Assembly: GCA_964571245.1 (NCBI GenBank)
Contig: CAZNAT010000008.1
Coordinates: forward strand, 7,008 to 71,007
Direction: 5' to 3'
DNA: 64,000 nt
From: an uncultured Methylobacterium sp.
GTDB lineage: Bacteria > Pseudomonadota > Alphaproteobacteria > Rhizobiales > Beijerinckiaceae
In this document: positions 33,248-43,109 of the stretch, one piece after another
How the letters are laid out: the number at the start of each line of letters is the position of its first letter
Position numbering within the stretch: position 1 is the first letter of the stretch
The notes under the pieces: model-generated
What the model saw: the letters and a program-made list of their open reading frames with translations, nothing else
The model's database searches: none
What the model was told of the DNA's origin: nothing
Position numbers and translations under genes: made by a program

Positions 33248-34554
33248 AGGATGAACCGTGAAAGATCCGCGTTGCGGGACAAATCGCCGACTTCGCGCTC
33301 GACCATCGCGCCATCGACGACAACCGCTTCGCCCGAGCGGTCGGTCGCGGTGAAACTGACATCGTCGAGCACGCGTTCCAGCACGGTTTGCAGGCGGCGC
33401 GCGCCGATGTTCTCGACATTCGAGTTCACCGCAAAAGCCGCACGCGCCACCGCCACAATCGCATCCTCGGTGAAGGACAGCGTGACGCCCTCGGTCGCCA
33501 TCAGTGCGATGTATTGCTTGATCAGCGAAGCCTCGGTCTCCGTGAGGATGCGGCGGAAATCCTCCTCGCCGAGCGGCTTCAGCTCGACGCGGATCGGCAG
33601 CCGGCCCTGCAATTCCGGCAGGAGGTCCGAGGGTTTGGAGACATGGAACGCGCCCGACGCGATGAACAGGATATGGTCGGTCTTGACCGGTCCATGCTTG
33701 GTCGCGACCGTCGTGCCCTCGATCAGCGGCAGGAGATCGCGCTGAACGCCCTCGCGGCTGACATCGCCGCCCGATCGGCCTTCGCGCACCGAAATCTTGT
33801 CGATCTCATCCAGGAACACGATGCCATTCTCCTCGACGCTCCGAATCGCGTCCGAAACGATGCGGTCCTGGTCGATGAGCTTGTCGCTTTCTTCGGCGAT
33901 CAACGGCTCGTAGGCCTCGCGCACAGTGGTGCGCCGCGACTTGCCCTTGTTGCCAAAGGCCTTTCCGAGCATATCCCCCAGGGAAACCGCGCCGATCTGA
34001 CCGCCGGGCATGCCGGGGATTTCGAACATCGGCATGCCCGAGCCGGCGGAACCCTGAAGCTCGATCTCGATTTCCTTTTCAGCGAGATCGCCCGCGTGCA
34101 GCTTGCGGCGGAACGAATCACGCGTGGCCGGCGAAGCGGTCGCGCCGACCAGCGCATCGAGCACCCGTTCCTCGGCCGCCACCTGCGCCTTGGCGACCAC
34201 ATCCTTGCGGCGGGCCTCGCGCTGCAGACCGATGCCGATTTCCACGAGATCGCGGATGATCTGCTCGACATCCCGGCCGACGTATCCGACCTCGGTGAAC
34301 TTGGTCGCCTCGATCTTGAGGAACGGCGCGCCCGCGAGCTTGGCCAGGCGCCGGGCGATCTCGGTCTTGCCGCAGCCGGTAGGGCCGATCATCAGGATGT
34401 TCTTGGGCAGAACTTCCTCGCGCATCGGACCAACGATCTGCTGCCGCCGCCAGCGGTTCCTGAGGGCAATGGCCACGGCGCGCTTGGCGTCCTTCTGGCC
34501 GACGATATAACGATCGAGTTCGGAAACGATCTCGCGGGGGGAAAAAGAGGTCAT
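33244..34554 (-). CDS. hslU: ATP-dependent protease ATPase subunit HslU
   Basis: Start set at [20 protein letters not shown] (ATG 34554). Walker [16 protein letters not shown]. Full-length HslU similarity. Confidence 0.96.
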   Translation of the reverse strand: MTSFSPREIVSELDRYIVGQKDAKRAVAIALRNRWRRQQIVGPMREEVLPKNILMIGPTGCGKTEIARRLAKLAGAPFLKIEATKFTEVGYVGRDVEQIIRDLVEIGIGLQREARRKDVVAKAQVAAEERVLDALVGATASPATRDSFRRKLHAGDLAEKEIEIELQGSAGSGMPMFEIPGMPGGQIGAVSLGDMLGKAFGNKGKSRRTTVREAYEPLIAEESDKLIDQDRIVSDAIRSVEENGIVFLDEIDKISVREGRSGGDVSREGVQRDLLPLIEGTTVATKHGPVKTDHILFIASGAFHVSKPSDLLPELQGRLPIRVELKPLGEEDFRRILTETEASLIKQYIALMATEGVTLSFTEDAIVAVARAAFAVNSNVENIGARRLQTVLERVLDDVSFTATDRSGEAVVVDGAMVEREVGDLSRNADLSRFIL

Positions 34555-34569
34555 ACGGGTCTCATTGTT

Positions 34570-34625
34570 TTGAAGCACGGGGTTGACGAAAAACCGGTTC
34601 CCACTTTTTTGCCCCGTGCTTTCAA
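34570..34625. repeat. Palindromic intergenic repeat, half-length copy (about 56 bp), variant B
   Basis: Arms AGCACGGGG/CCCCGTGCT enclose GACGAAAAACCGGTTCCCACTTTTTTG. This is about 80% alignable by eye to 33209-33236. It overlaps the hslV stop (34622-34624). Confidence 0.6.
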
Positions 34626-35179
34626 CCTTCGATCTTTTCGATCACGATATTTTCGTTGGTGTAGACGCAAATCTCGCCAGCGATTTTCATCGCGCGGCGG
34701 ACAATTGCCTCGGCGTCATGCTCGCTGTCGTAAAGCGCCCGCGCCGCCGCCAGCGCATACATGCCGCCCGAGCCGATGCCCATGACGCCGCCCTCGGGCT
34801 CCAGCACATCGCCGGTGCCGGAGAGGACAAGACCGGTCGTTGTGTCCGCCACCAGCATCATCGCTTCCAGCCTCCGCAAATAGCGGTCCGTGCGCCAATC
34901 CTTGGCGAGTTCGACGCAGGCGCGGGTCAATTGCCCTGGATATTGCTCGATTTTCGCCTCCAGCCGTTCGAACAGCGTGAAGGCATCCGCCGTCGCGCCG
35001 GCAAAACCCGCGATCACATCGCCCTTGCCGAGGCGACGGACCTTCTTGGCGTTGCCCTTGATGATCGTCTGGCCGAGGCTGACCTGCCCGTCGCCGCCGA
35101 TCACGGTTTTCCCGTCCTTGCGAACCATGAGGATGGTGGTGGCGTGCCAGCCGGTATTCGGGGATGGGTCCTGCGACAA
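34622..35179 (-). CDS. hslV: ATP-dependent protease subunit HslV
   Basis: [25 protein letters not shown] with the catalytic Thr after a short propeptide. TTG start has GGAG 7 nt upstream. Confidence 0.95.
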   Translation of the reverse strand: MSQDPSPNTGWHATTILMVRKDGKTVIGGDGQVSLGQTIIKGNAKKVRRLGKGDVIAGFAGATADAFTLFERLEAKIEQYPGQLTRACVELAKDWRTDRYLRRLEAMMLVADTTTGLVLSGTGDVLEPEGGVMGIGSGGMYALAAARALYDSEHDAEAIVRRAMKIAGEICVYTNENIVIEKIEG

Positions 35180-35208
35180 GGGTAAGCTCCGGTTTTCGCG
35201 TTCCCGAG

Positions 35209-35240
35209 ATATGTAGGGTCTCGCGGCCTCCGTTGCAAAG
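35209..35240 (-). promoter_or_regulatory. Candidate sigma-32 (RpoH) type promoter for hslVU
   Basis: The - strand reads CTTTGCAA-N14-CCCTACATAT. This approximates the heat-shock consensus CTTGAAA-N13-15-CCCCATNT. The -10 element ends 30 nt before the hslV start. Confidence 0.3.
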
Positions 35241-35246
35241 CCGATC

Positions 35247-35274
35247 GATCGTCTTGCATCGATCGTCTTGCATC
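35247..35274. repeat. Perfect 14-bp tandem direct repeat (GATCGTCTTGCATC x2)
   Basis: Read directly in the divergent hslV-hisB control region. Confidence 0.9.
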
Positions 35275-35370
35275 CTTTCTGTTGGCATCATCTTGAATTG
35301 CCGTCGCCCGGCTTTTTCGCTAAAGCCGGGCCAGCGGCGCTGAACGCCGCAGCATATTCTGGAGAGTTCG

Positions 35371-35964
35371 ATGCGCCGCGCCGAGATCAGCCGCGAGACG
35401 GGCGAAACCAAAATCGAGGTCGGGATCGATCTCGATGGCACGGGCCGCGCGGATATCGCGACCGGAGTCGGCTTTCTCGACCATATGCTCCACCTCCTCG
35501 CGCGCCACTCGATGATCGACATCCTCGTGCGCGCAACCGGCGATCTCCACGTCGATGACCACCACACGGTGGAGGATGTCGGGATTGCGCTCGGCCAGGC
35601 CTTTGCCAAGGCGCTCGGCGACAAGAAGGGCATCACCCGCTACGCCGATTGCCTGATGCCGATGGATGAGACGCTCGCCCGCGTCGCCCTCGATATTTCC
35701 GGCCGCGCGTTTCTGGTGTTCCGTTGCGACTTCCCGACCGAGAAGATCGGCACCTTCGATACCGAACTGGTGCGCGAGTGGTTTCAGGCTTTTGCGTCCA
35801 ACGCGGGCGTGACGCTGCACGTCGAGTGCCTCTATGGGCTCAACAGCCACCATATCGCCGAAAGCGCCTTCAAAGGCCTCGCCCGCGTACTGCGCCTTGC
35901 GACCGAGCGCGATGCCCGCGCCGCGGACCGGGTGCCCTCGACCAAAGGGACCTTGTCGGTCTGA
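35371..35964 (+). CDS. hisB: Imidazoleglycerol-phosphate dehydratase
   Basis: 197 aa. [42 protein letters not shown] motifs. Confidence 0.96.
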   Translation: MRRAEISRETGETKIEVGIDLDGTGRADIATGVGFLDHMLHLLARHSMIDILVRATGDLHVDDHHTVEDVGIALGQAFAKALGDKKGITRYADCLMPMDETLARVALDISGRAFLVFRCDFPTEKIGTFDTELVREWFQAFASNAGVTLHVECLYGLNSHHIAESAFKGLARVLRLATERDARAADRVPSTKGTLSV

Positions 35965-36452
35965 TGGCCCGCTACACGGTTCATGTCCCGGTTCGGCCCG
36001 CTGATCGGGCGGCAGCGCTCGAACGGGCGGTTTTCGTGCGCGACGGCTGGAGCTGGGGCGCTTTCTTCTACGGTCCGCTCTGGCTTCTCTGGCACCGGCA
36101 CTGGATTGCCGGGCTGCTGGCGCTCGTCGCCGTTGCCCTGCTGCTCGCGGGCGTTGCTGCCTTGCCGGTCGCGCGGGCCATCCCGTTCGGGGTGCTGTTT
36201 CTGGTCGCCGTGCTCTGGGGTCTTGAGGGGGCGAGCCTGCGCCGCCTCGCGCTGCGCCGCGCCGGCTATGCCGAGGAAGGCCTTGTCGTTGGCGGCGATC
36301 TCGATGCCCTCGAACAGCGGTTTTTCGCCGAAGCCAACGATGCGGCCTCGCCACCGACAATACCGCAGCCCCAGCGAAGCGGCACGCCTGCGGCCGCCCC
36401 CTGGGGCGCACCGATCATCGGGCTGTTCCCGGATTCAAGGAAGCCTTCGTGA
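35964..36452 (+). CDS. DUF2628-like small membrane protein embedded in the his operon
   Basis: ATG 35964 overlaps the hisB TGA (TGATG). 162 aa with WSWGAFFYGPLWLLWHRHW and two hydrophobic helices. The 3' end overlaps the hisH GTG. Confidence 0.75.
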   Translation: MARYTVHVPVRPADRAAALERAVFVRDGWSWGAFFYGPLWLLWHRHWIAGLLALVAVALLLAGVAALPVARAIPFGVLFLVAVLWGLEGASLRRLALRRAGYAEEGLVVGGDLDALEQRFFAEANDAASPPTIPQPQRSGTPAAAPWGAPIIGLFPDSRKPS

Positions 36453-37096
36453 AAATCGCGCTGATCGACTATGGCGCCGGCAACCTCCATTCCGCCGGCA
36501 AGGCGCTGATGCGGGCGCTCGATGAGGCCGGGGTTTCCGGCCAAATCGTGCTGGGGGCGAACCCGGACGAGATTGCCAGCGCGGATCGTATCGTGCTGCC
36601 AGGTGATGGTGCCTATCGCGACTGCCGGGACCATCTGGCGATGGTGGATGGGCTGGAAGATGCGCTGCACGAGCAGATCCGGGTGAAGGGCAAGCCCTTC
36701 CTGGGCATCTGCGTCGGGATGCAGCTTCTCAGCGATATCGGCGAAGAGCGCGGCGAAACCCGGGGGCTCGGCTGGATTCCCGGCCGCGTGGTGGCGCTGG
36801 ACCCTGCCGAGCGGCACCTGAAAGTGCCGCATATGGGCTGGAACACGCTGGAACGCTGCGGCGAGCACCCGGTTCTCGACGGGCTTTCGTTCGGAGAGCG
36901 CGCCCACGCCTATTTCCTGCATTCCTACCACCTTCTGCCGGCCAATCCCGGTGATTTGCTGGCGACCGCCGAGTATGGCGGGCCGGTTTCGGCGATCGTC
37001 GGGCGCGATACCATCATCGGCACGCAGTTTCACCCCGAGAAAAGCCAGGCGCTGGGGATCAAACTCCTTGCCAATTTCGTGAAATGGGCGCCCTAG
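36449..37096 (+). CDS. hisH: Imidazole glycerol phosphate synthase, glutaminase subunit
   Basis: 215 aa. GVGAF-type fold with PFLGICVGMQLL (catalytic Cys) and FHPEKS motifs. Confidence 0.95.
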   Translation: MKIALIDYGAGNLHSAGKALMRALDEAGVSGQIVLGANPDEIASADRIVLPGDGAYRDCRDHLAMVDGLEDALHEQIRVKGKPFLGICVGMQLLSDIGEERGETRGLGWIPGRVVALDPAERHLKVPHMGWNTLERCGEHPVLDGLSFGERAHAYFLHSYHLLPANPGDLLATAEYGGPVSAIVGRDTIIGTQFHPEKSQALGIKLLANFVKWAP

Positions 37097-37123
37097 AGCG
37101 CTTTTTTGAGCCAGTGGACACCG

Positions 37124-37861
37124 ATGATCCTCTACCCCGCCATTGATCTGAAGAACGGCCAATGCGTGCGCCTGCGCCAGGGCGACATGAACCAGGCGAC
37201 CGTCTTCAACGACGACCCTGCCGCGCAGGCGGCCAGCTTCGAAGCGGAAGGCTTCGAGGCCCTGCACGTCGTTGATCTCGATGGTGCCTTTGCGGGCAAG
37301 GCGGTGAATGGCGATGCCGTGGAAGGCATTCTGGCGCGGGTAAAATTCCCGGTGCAGCTCGGCGGCGGCATTCGCGAGATGGCGCAGGTCGAAGGCTGGA
37401 TCTCGCGCGGGATTTCGCGCGTCATCATCGGCACGGCGGCCTTGCGCAACCCCGCGTTCGTGCGGGAGGCCGCGCGGGCGTTTCCGGGAAAAGTCGCTGT
37501 CGGCATCGATGCGCGCGACGGCAAGGTCGCGGTCGAGGGCTGGGCGGAAACCTCGGATCTCGACGCTGTCGATCTCGGCAGGCGCTTCGAGGACGCCGGT
37601 GTTAGCGCCATCATCTACACCAATATCGCCCGTGACGGCATGCTCTCGGGCCTCGATTTCGACGGCACGATCGCACTCGGCCATGCGCTGTCGATCCCGG
37701 TGATTGCTTCGGGCGGGCTGGCCTCGATGGCGGATATCGAACGCCTGACCCAGCCCGATTGCGCTGGCCTCGCCGGGGCGATCACCGGCCGCGCGCTCTA
37801 TGACGGTCGGCTCGATGCGGCCGAAGCGCTGGCGCTGATCAAGCGCAGGAGGGCGGCATGA
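37124..37861 (+). CDS. hisA: ProFAR isomerase
   Basis: [17 protein letters not shown] start (ATG 37124 preferred over TTG 37106). HisA similarity throughout. Confidence 0.94.
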   Translation: MILYPAIDLKNGQCVRLRQGDMNQATVFNDDPAAQAASFEAEGFEALHVVDLDGAFAGKAVNGDAVEGILARVKFPVQLGGGIREMAQVEGWISRGISRVIIGTAALRNPAFVREAARAFPGKVAVGIDARDGKVAVEGWAETSDLDAVDLGRRFEDAGVSAIIYTNIARDGMLSGLDFDGTIALGHALSIPVIASGGLASMADIERLTQPDCAGLAGAITGRALYDGRLDAAEALALIKRRRAA

Positions 37862-38670
37862 CGCTGAAAACCCGCATCATCCCCTGCCTCGACGTCAGGA
37901 ACGGCCGTGTCGTCAAAGGCATCAACTTTGTCGATCTCACCGATGTCGGCGATCCCGTCGAAAGCGCGAAGGCCTATGACGCGGCGGGCGCGGACGAGTT
38001 GTGCTTCCTCGACATTACCGCGAGCGTCGAGGATCGCGGCACGATCCTCGATGTCGTCCGGCGCACTGCGGAAAACTGCTTCATGCCGGTGACGGTCGGC
38101 GGCGGGGTGCGCGGGGTCGAGGACATCCGGGCGTTGATGCTGGCGGGCGCCGACAAGGTCTCGATCAACACCGCCGCGGTGAAAGACCGCTCGATCGTCG
38201 GCCGGGCCGCGGAAAAATTCGGCGCGCAGGCGATCGTCGTCGCCATCGATGCCAAGCGCGTCAGCCAGGACGGGGAGGTCGAGCGCTGGGAGATCTTCAC
38301 CCATGGCGGTCGCAACCCGACCGGGATCGACGTCATCGAGTTCGCCCGCGCGGTGGCCGATCTCGGCGCGGGCGAGATCCTGCTGACCTCGATGGATCGC
38401 GACGGCACCAAGGCGGGCTTCGATCTCGCGCTGACCCGCGCGGTGAGCGATGCCGTGTCGATCCCGGTGGTCGCCTCGGGCGGCGTCGGCACGCTAGATC
38501 ACCTCGTCGAAGGCGTCACCCTCGGCAGGGCGAGCGCCGTGCTGGCGGCCTCGATCTTCCACTACGGCACCTTCTCCATCGCCGAAGCCAAGGCGCATAT
38601 GGCAAAAGCCGGCATTCCGATGCGGCTCGACGGCCAGACACCCGACCAGAGCGACAGGAGGCCACGATGA
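37858..38670 (+). CDS. hisF: Imidazole glycerol phosphate synthase, cyclase subunit
   Basis: [16 protein letters not shown]... canonical HisF. ATGA overlap with hisA. Confidence 0.96.
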   Translation: MTLKTRIIPCLDVRNGRVVKGINFVDLTDVGDPVESAKAYDAAGADELCFLDITASVEDRGTILDVVRRTAENCFMPVTVGGGVRGVEDIRALMLAGADKVSINTAAVKDRSIVGRAAEKFGAQAIVVAIDAKRVSQDGEVERWEIFTHGGRNPTGIDVIEFARAVADLGAGEILLTSMDRDGTKAGFDLALTRAVSDAVSIPVVASGGVGTLDHLVEGVTLGRASAVLAASIFHYGTFSIAEAKAHMAKAGIPMRLDGQTPDQSDRRPR

Positions 38671-38993
38671 GTGGAACCTTTTCCCTTCTCGATCTCGAAG
38701 CGATCGTGGCGGCGCGCGCGAACGCCGATCCCGCGCAGTCCTACACCGCCAAGCTCAAGGTCGGCGGCATGGCGCGCGCGACGAAAAAGCTCGGTGAAGA
38801 GGCCGTGGAAGCCGTGATCGCGGCCATGGCCGGCGACAAGGCCGAGCTGAACAAGGAAAGCGCGGATATTCTCTATCATCTCTTGGTCGTGCTTCACATG
38901 GCCGGCATCGGCGTGCAGGATGTGCTCGACGAATTGCAGCGCCGGACGGCGCAATCCGGTCTCGAGGAAAAAGCCGGTCGCACCCGGGATTGA
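38667..38993 (+). CDS. hisE: Phosphoribosyl-ATP pyrophosphatase
   Basis: ATG 38667 overlaps the hisF stop. 108 aa with [33 protein letters not shown], typical HisE. Confidence 0.9.
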   Translation: MSGTFSLLDLEAIVAARANADPAQSYTAKLKVGGMARATKKLGEEAVEAVIAAMAGDKAELNKESADILYHLLVVLHMAGIGVQDVLDELQRRTAQSGLEEKAGRTRD

Positions 38994-39068
38994 CGGCAAC
39001 ATCGGCTGTCTTCGGGCCGTCGGCTGTTTTCGGGCCGGATGAACGTGGCGGGCGCAGGGGGATTTGGG

Positions 39069-40037
39069 ATGGACGCAGAGACCTCGAAGCTCTCCCCCGA
39101 TGTTGATCTCTCGCCGTTTCGGGTTTTCAGCCGCGAGGAATGGGCGGGCCTGCGCGCGGATACGCCGCTGACGCTGACGCTCACCGAGCTCAAACGCCTG
39201 CAATCGCTCAACGACCGGCTTTCGGTGGAAGAAGTCGTGGATATCTACCTGCCGCTCTCGCGCCTGCTGGCGCTCTACGTCGCGGCGACACAAGGGCTTT
39301 TCAAGGCGACGCAGCGCTTCCTCAACGCGGGCGATGGCAAGGCGCCCTATATCATCGGCGTCGCCGGTTCGGTTGCGGTCGGCAAATCGACCACGGCGCG
39401 CGTGCTCGAAGCCCTGCTCGCGCGCTGGCCCAACACGCCGAAGGTCGCGCTGGTCACGACCGATGGTTTCCTGTTGCCGAATTCGGAGCTCAAACGTCTG
39501 GATCTGATGGAGCGCAAGGGTTTTCCGGAGAGCTACGATACGCCGGCGCTGCTGAAGTTCCTGGCAAGGATCAAGGCCGGGGAGCGCAATGTCACCGCGC
39601 CGCTGTATTCGCACTTGGTCTATGATGTCGTTCCCGGCGAGCAGATCATCATCGACCGGCCCGACATCCTGATCGTCGAGGGGCTGAACGTGCTCCAGCC
39701 GCCACGACTGCCGCGCGATGCCAAGCCGATCCCCTTCGTTTCCGATTATTTCGACTTCTCGGTCTATATCGATGCCGACGAGGATCTGTTGCGCAAATGG
39801 TATGTCGACCGCTTCATGACGCTGCGGCAAACCGCCTTCCGCAAGCCCGAAAGCTTCTTCCGGCGCTACGCCGAGATTTCCGAGGAGGAAGCGATTGGCG
39901 TGGCCAACGGGCTCTGGGACCGGATCAACCTGCCCAACCTCAAGGAAAACATCTTCCCCACCCGCCCGCGCGCCGATCTCATCCTGCGCAAGGGCGAAAG
40001 CCATATGATCGAAGAGGTGGCGCTGAGGAAGTTGTAG
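39069..40037 (+). CDS. coaA: Type I pantothenate kinase
   Basis: Walker [16 protein letters not shown] and the rest match CoaA. ATG 39069 (AGGGGGA 8 nt upstream) preferred over ATG 39039. Confidence 0.93.
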   Translation: MDAETSKLSPDVDLSPFRVFSREEWAGLRADTPLTLTLTELKRLQSLNDRLSVEEVVDIYLPLSRLLALYVAATQGLFKATQRFLNAGDGKAPYIIGVAGSVAVGKSTTARVLEALLARWPNTPKVALVTTDGFLLPNSELKRLDLMERKGFPESYDTPALLKFLARIKAGERNVTAPLYSHLVYDVVPGEQIIIDRPDILIVEGLNVLQPPRLPRDAKPIPFVSDYFDFSVYIDADEDLLRKWYVDRFMTLRQTAFRKPESFFRRYAEISEEEAIGVANGLWDRINLPNLKENIFPTRPRADLILRKGESHMIEEVALRKL

Positions 40038-40160
40038 TTTTCTCGCCTACGCCGGCTCGCCGCAAGGCGGCGACGAGCCGGACTGAGCGACCGGAACCCG
40101 GTTTTTCGAGAGGCGATACCAGCCCGAAAAAGAGCCGAAGGCCGTCTCAGGCCAGCGCCC

Positions 40161-41156
40161 TCACATCAGCCCGTTTTCCTGCGCCAGTTCCTTGAGCGGA
40201 CGCGCGGGGCGGGCGCCGATCTTCTGGATGACATGGCTGGCGGCGAGCGCGCCGAGGCGACCGGCTTTCTGATACCCCATGCCATTGGTGTAGCCAAAGA
40301 GGAAGCCCGCCGCATAGGCGTCGCCCGCGCCGGTGGCATCGACCAGGGTCTCGATCGGATAGGCCGGGATGGCGATCGTCAACTTGCCTTCGAGGATGAT
40401 CGCGCCCTTTTCCGACCGCGTGACGGCGGCGCGCTTGGCCTCGCCGCGCAGGGCCTCCAGCGCGGTATCGAAATCGCCGGTCTCGTAGAGCGCCTTCAAT
40501 TCGTGCTCGTTGGCGAAAACGAGATCGACCATGCCGGTTTTCAGCATCTCGCGGAATTCCGCCCGGTAGCGGTCGACGCAAAACGAATCCGACAGCGTCA
40601 GCGCGACCTCGCGGCCGGCCTGATGCGCGATCGTCGCCGCCTTGCGGAACGCCGCCTTCGCCTGCGGCGGATCCCACAGATAGCCTTCGAGATAGGTGAC
40701 CTTGGCGCGACCGACGGTCGCGGGGTCGATATCGGCCTCGGAAAGGTTCTGGCAGGCGCCGAGATAGGTGTTCATCGTCCGCTCGCCGTCGGGCGTCACC
40801 AGAATGAAGCTGCGCGCGGTCGCGGGACCGTCGATCGCCGCCGGGGTGCCAAAGGCAACGCCGGATTTGACGATGTCATGGGCGAAGGTATCACCGACGG
40901 CATCGGCCTTCACCCGGCCGATGAAGGCGCATCTGCCGCCAAACGACGCCGCACCGACAACCGTATTCGCCGCCGACCCGCCCGAGATGATCGTCGCCGG
41001 ACCCATCGCGGCATAGAGTTTTTCGGCCTGCGCCTCGTCGATCAGCGTCATCGACCCCTTGGCGACGCCCTGCGCAACGAGAAAATCATCCTCCGCGCGG
41101 GCGATCACATCGACGATCGCGTTGCCGAGGGCGAGAACATCCAGTTCGGTGGGCAT
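40161..41156 (-). CDS. PfkB-family carbohydrate/adenosine kinase
   Basis: 331 aa. GGSAANT and DATGAGDAYAAGFLFG PfkB signatures. Confidence 0.88.
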   Translation of the reverse strand: MPTELDVLALGNAIVDVIARAEDDFLVAQGVAKGSMTLIDEAQAEKLYAAMGPATIISGGSAANTVVGAASFGGRCAFIGRVKADAVGDTFAHDIVKSGVAFGTPAAIDGPATARSFILVTPDGERTMNTYLGACQNLSEADIDPATVGRAKVTYLEGYLWDPPQAKAAFRKAATIAHQAGREVALTLSDSFCVDRYRAEFREMLKTGMVDLVFANEHELKALYETGDFDTALEALRGEAKRAAVTRSEKGAIILEGKLTIAIPAYPIETLVDATGAGDAYAAGFLFGYTNGMGYQKAGRLGALAASHVIQKIGARPARPLKELAQENGLM

Positions 41157-41228
41157 GGGTTTGGCCTTTTTGGTTGTCAGCGGCCTCGCATGGCCGAGAT
41201 GAAGGCGAAGGTCAAGCCGGGCAAGGCC

Positions 41229-41873
41229 TCAGCCATGCTCCCGCATCCGCCGGAGCCGGACATAAAGCGCGCCCTCGCCGCCGTGCCCGCGCCCCGCGTT
41301 TTCAAAGCCGATCACCAGCCGCCGCAGCACGGGATCCGCGAGCCAATGCGGCACCATGCGCTTGAGAACGCCGCGCTCCTCGCCAAAACCGTCGATCCCG
41401 CCGCCCTTGCCGGTGATCACCAGCACAAGCTTGGCGCCATTGGCATGGGCGCGGTGGAGAAAGCCGTTGAGCGCGCCATGCGCCTCGGCCTGCCGCATCC
41501 CGTGCAGATCGATCCGGGCATCGATGGCCCGGCTGCCGCGCGCGACCTCTTTGACCATCCGCTTTTCGATTCCCGCGAGCGGCGGCAGGGTACGGACCTT
41601 GGGCTGAACCGGAACCGGCAGCGGCAGGGAACGCGCACGGGGCGGCTCTTCCGCTTGAGGCCCCGCGTCAAACACCGGCATGTCCAGCGCCTGGCGGCCC
41701 GGCATCGGCTTTGCCGAACGCGTGACGTGTACCCAGAGGGCGTGATCCTCGGGCGCGATCAGCGATTTCTTTTTGCGCACCCGGGGCGGAGGCGATTTCC
41801 TGTTCGGGTCTTTCGGGCCGGAACCTTCGTGCCCCGCCGCTTTCGGGCCATGCAGCGTCTTGATCCATGCCAT
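41229..41873 (-). CDS. Smr-domain protein
   Basis: C-terminal IDLHGMRQAEAHGALNGFL...LVLVITGKGG Smr domain. Confidence 0.8.
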   Translation of the reverse strand: MAWIKTLHGPKAAGHEGSGPKDPNRKSPPPRVRKKKSLIAPEDHALWVHVTRSAKPMPGRQALDMPVFDAGPQAEEPPRARSLPLPVPVQPKVRTLPPLAGIEKRMVKEVARGSRAIDARIDLHGMRQAEAHGALNGFLHRAHANGAKLVLVITGKGGGIDGFGEERGVLKRMVPHWLADPVLRRLVIGFENAGRGHGGEGALYVRLRRMREHG

Positions 41874-41875
41874 CG

Positions 41876-43105
41876 TCAGGGCATCCGCGGCGCGAGCACG
41901 AAAAAACGCATGGCATCGCGCACCAGCCCGGCCCGATCCCCCGCGGCAGCGCCGGAACCCATGAAATAATCGCCCCGCGCCGGCCCGACGATGGCCGAGC
42001 CGGTATCCTGGGCAATCATCAGCCGCGACAGGCGATGACGCCCGCCTTCGGGCACCAGCGGGTTCACATCGATGAAAACCGGCACGCCATAGGGCCAGAT
42101 CGTCCGGTCGATCGCCAGCGAACGCCCTTCCGTCAGGGGAACACCGGCACCGCCGATCGGCCCGCGATCCATTGGTGCGGCGTCATCGCGTTGAAAAAAG
42201 ACATAGGAGCGGTTTTCTTCCATCAACGCGCGGCCACGCTCGGGGTTGGCGCGCAGCCAGCCCATCAGTTTCGCAAGGCTCATCTCCTCCAGCGTCATCG
42301 CGCCCTGCTGGACAAGCCGTCGGCCGATCGAGGTATAGGCATGCCCGTTCCGGCCGGCATAGACGAGCCGGGAGCGCCGGCCATCCGGCAGCAGCAGCCG
42401 CGCGGAACCCTGGACCTGGGTGATGAACAGCTCGGCGTGATCGCGCAGCCAGGCGATTTCGAGACCCTGACCATCGAGCGCGCCGCCCCAGATCGCCTGA
42501 CGGTCCGGGTAGGGCTCGAGCCCCGCAGCGCCCCGGCGCGCCGCCTGAAGCTGGGGATCGAGCATCGGCGCGGCCTCGCCCTGCCTGAGCGTGACGAGAT
42601 CAGCCGGGCGGGCGAGCACCGGCACCGGAAATTCCGGGGTTCGTTCAAGAGAGGCGGCGATTTCCGGCTCGAAATACGCCGTCAGAAAGCCGTCACCGTC
42701 TTTCGAACGGATTTCGACCGGTTGGAACCGCGTTTCGAAAAAATGCCGGATGGCTCCGGGGTCGTTCACGCCCGCGGTCGTCAAATCCCGTGCGGCGCGG
42801 CAGGCCGCTTTCAGCCCTTCCGGCGCCGGAAGGGCATCGCGCAGGGCCGCGGTACCGTCGAGGATCGGGGCGCAGGTCTGATGAAAGGCCGCGAGCGCAG
42901 CCCGGTGATCATCCTCCGGCCATCCGGGCAAAGCCGCGAAGCCAACCGGTCGGGCCACGGCCCCGACCGGCAGACGCGCAAACAGCGGATCGGCGAGAAG
43001 CGTATCGGGGGTTGTGGTCAGGTCTGGTGCGGGCATCTGCGAATTCGACCTGAGGGGACTGGCGACAACAACCAGGGCGAGGGCAAGAGCCGCCCGCCAC
43101 ACCAC
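41876..43105 (-). CDS. mltA: Membrane-bound lytic murein transglycosylase A
   Basis: MltA-specific and 3D domain similarity (ITQVQGSARL, AQDTGSAIVGPARGDYFMGSG). N-terminal signal-like segment. Confidence 0.9.
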   Translation of the reverse strand: MVWRAALALALVVVASPLRSNSQMPAPDLTTTPDTLLADPLFARLPVGAVARPVGFAALPGWPEDDHRAALAAFHQTCAPILDGTAALRDALPAPEGLKAACRAARDLTTAGVNDPGAIRHFFETRFQPVEIRSKDGDGFLTAYFEPEIAASLERTPEFPVPVLARPADLVTLRQGEAAPMLDPQLQAARRGAAGLEPYPDRQAIWGGALDGQGLEIAWLRDHAELFITQVQGSARLLLPDGRRSRLVYAGRNGHAYTSIGRRLVQQGAMTLEEMSLAKLMGWLRANPERGRALMEENRSYVFFQRDDAAPMDRGPIGGAGVPLTEGRSLAIDRTIWPYGVPVFIDVNPLVPEGGRHRLSRLMIAQDTGSAIVGPARGDYFMGSGAAAGDRAGLVRDAMRFFVLAPRMP

Positions 43106-43109
43106 GGGG

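Noticed and set aside
37093-37100. CTAGAGCG at the hisH stop codon, which resembles a repeat terminus.
   Set aside because: Eight bases only, so it cannot be told apart from chance. It is mentioned only as a lead in the repeat finding.
40052-40081. GC-rich bulged hairpin CCGGCTCG..CGAGCCGG after coaA, considered as a terminator.
   Set aside because: No U-tract follows on the coaA strand, and the stem is interrupted. Too weak to annotate.
40090-40135. Possible degenerate copies of the palindromic repeat: CCGGTTTTTCGAGAGG..CCCGAAAAAGAGCC here, 43975-44030, 45131-45157 and 18970-19010.
   Set aside because: Only short GAAAACCG/CGGTTTTC-like cores match. There are no terminal inverted repeats and no extended alignment to the five clear copies.
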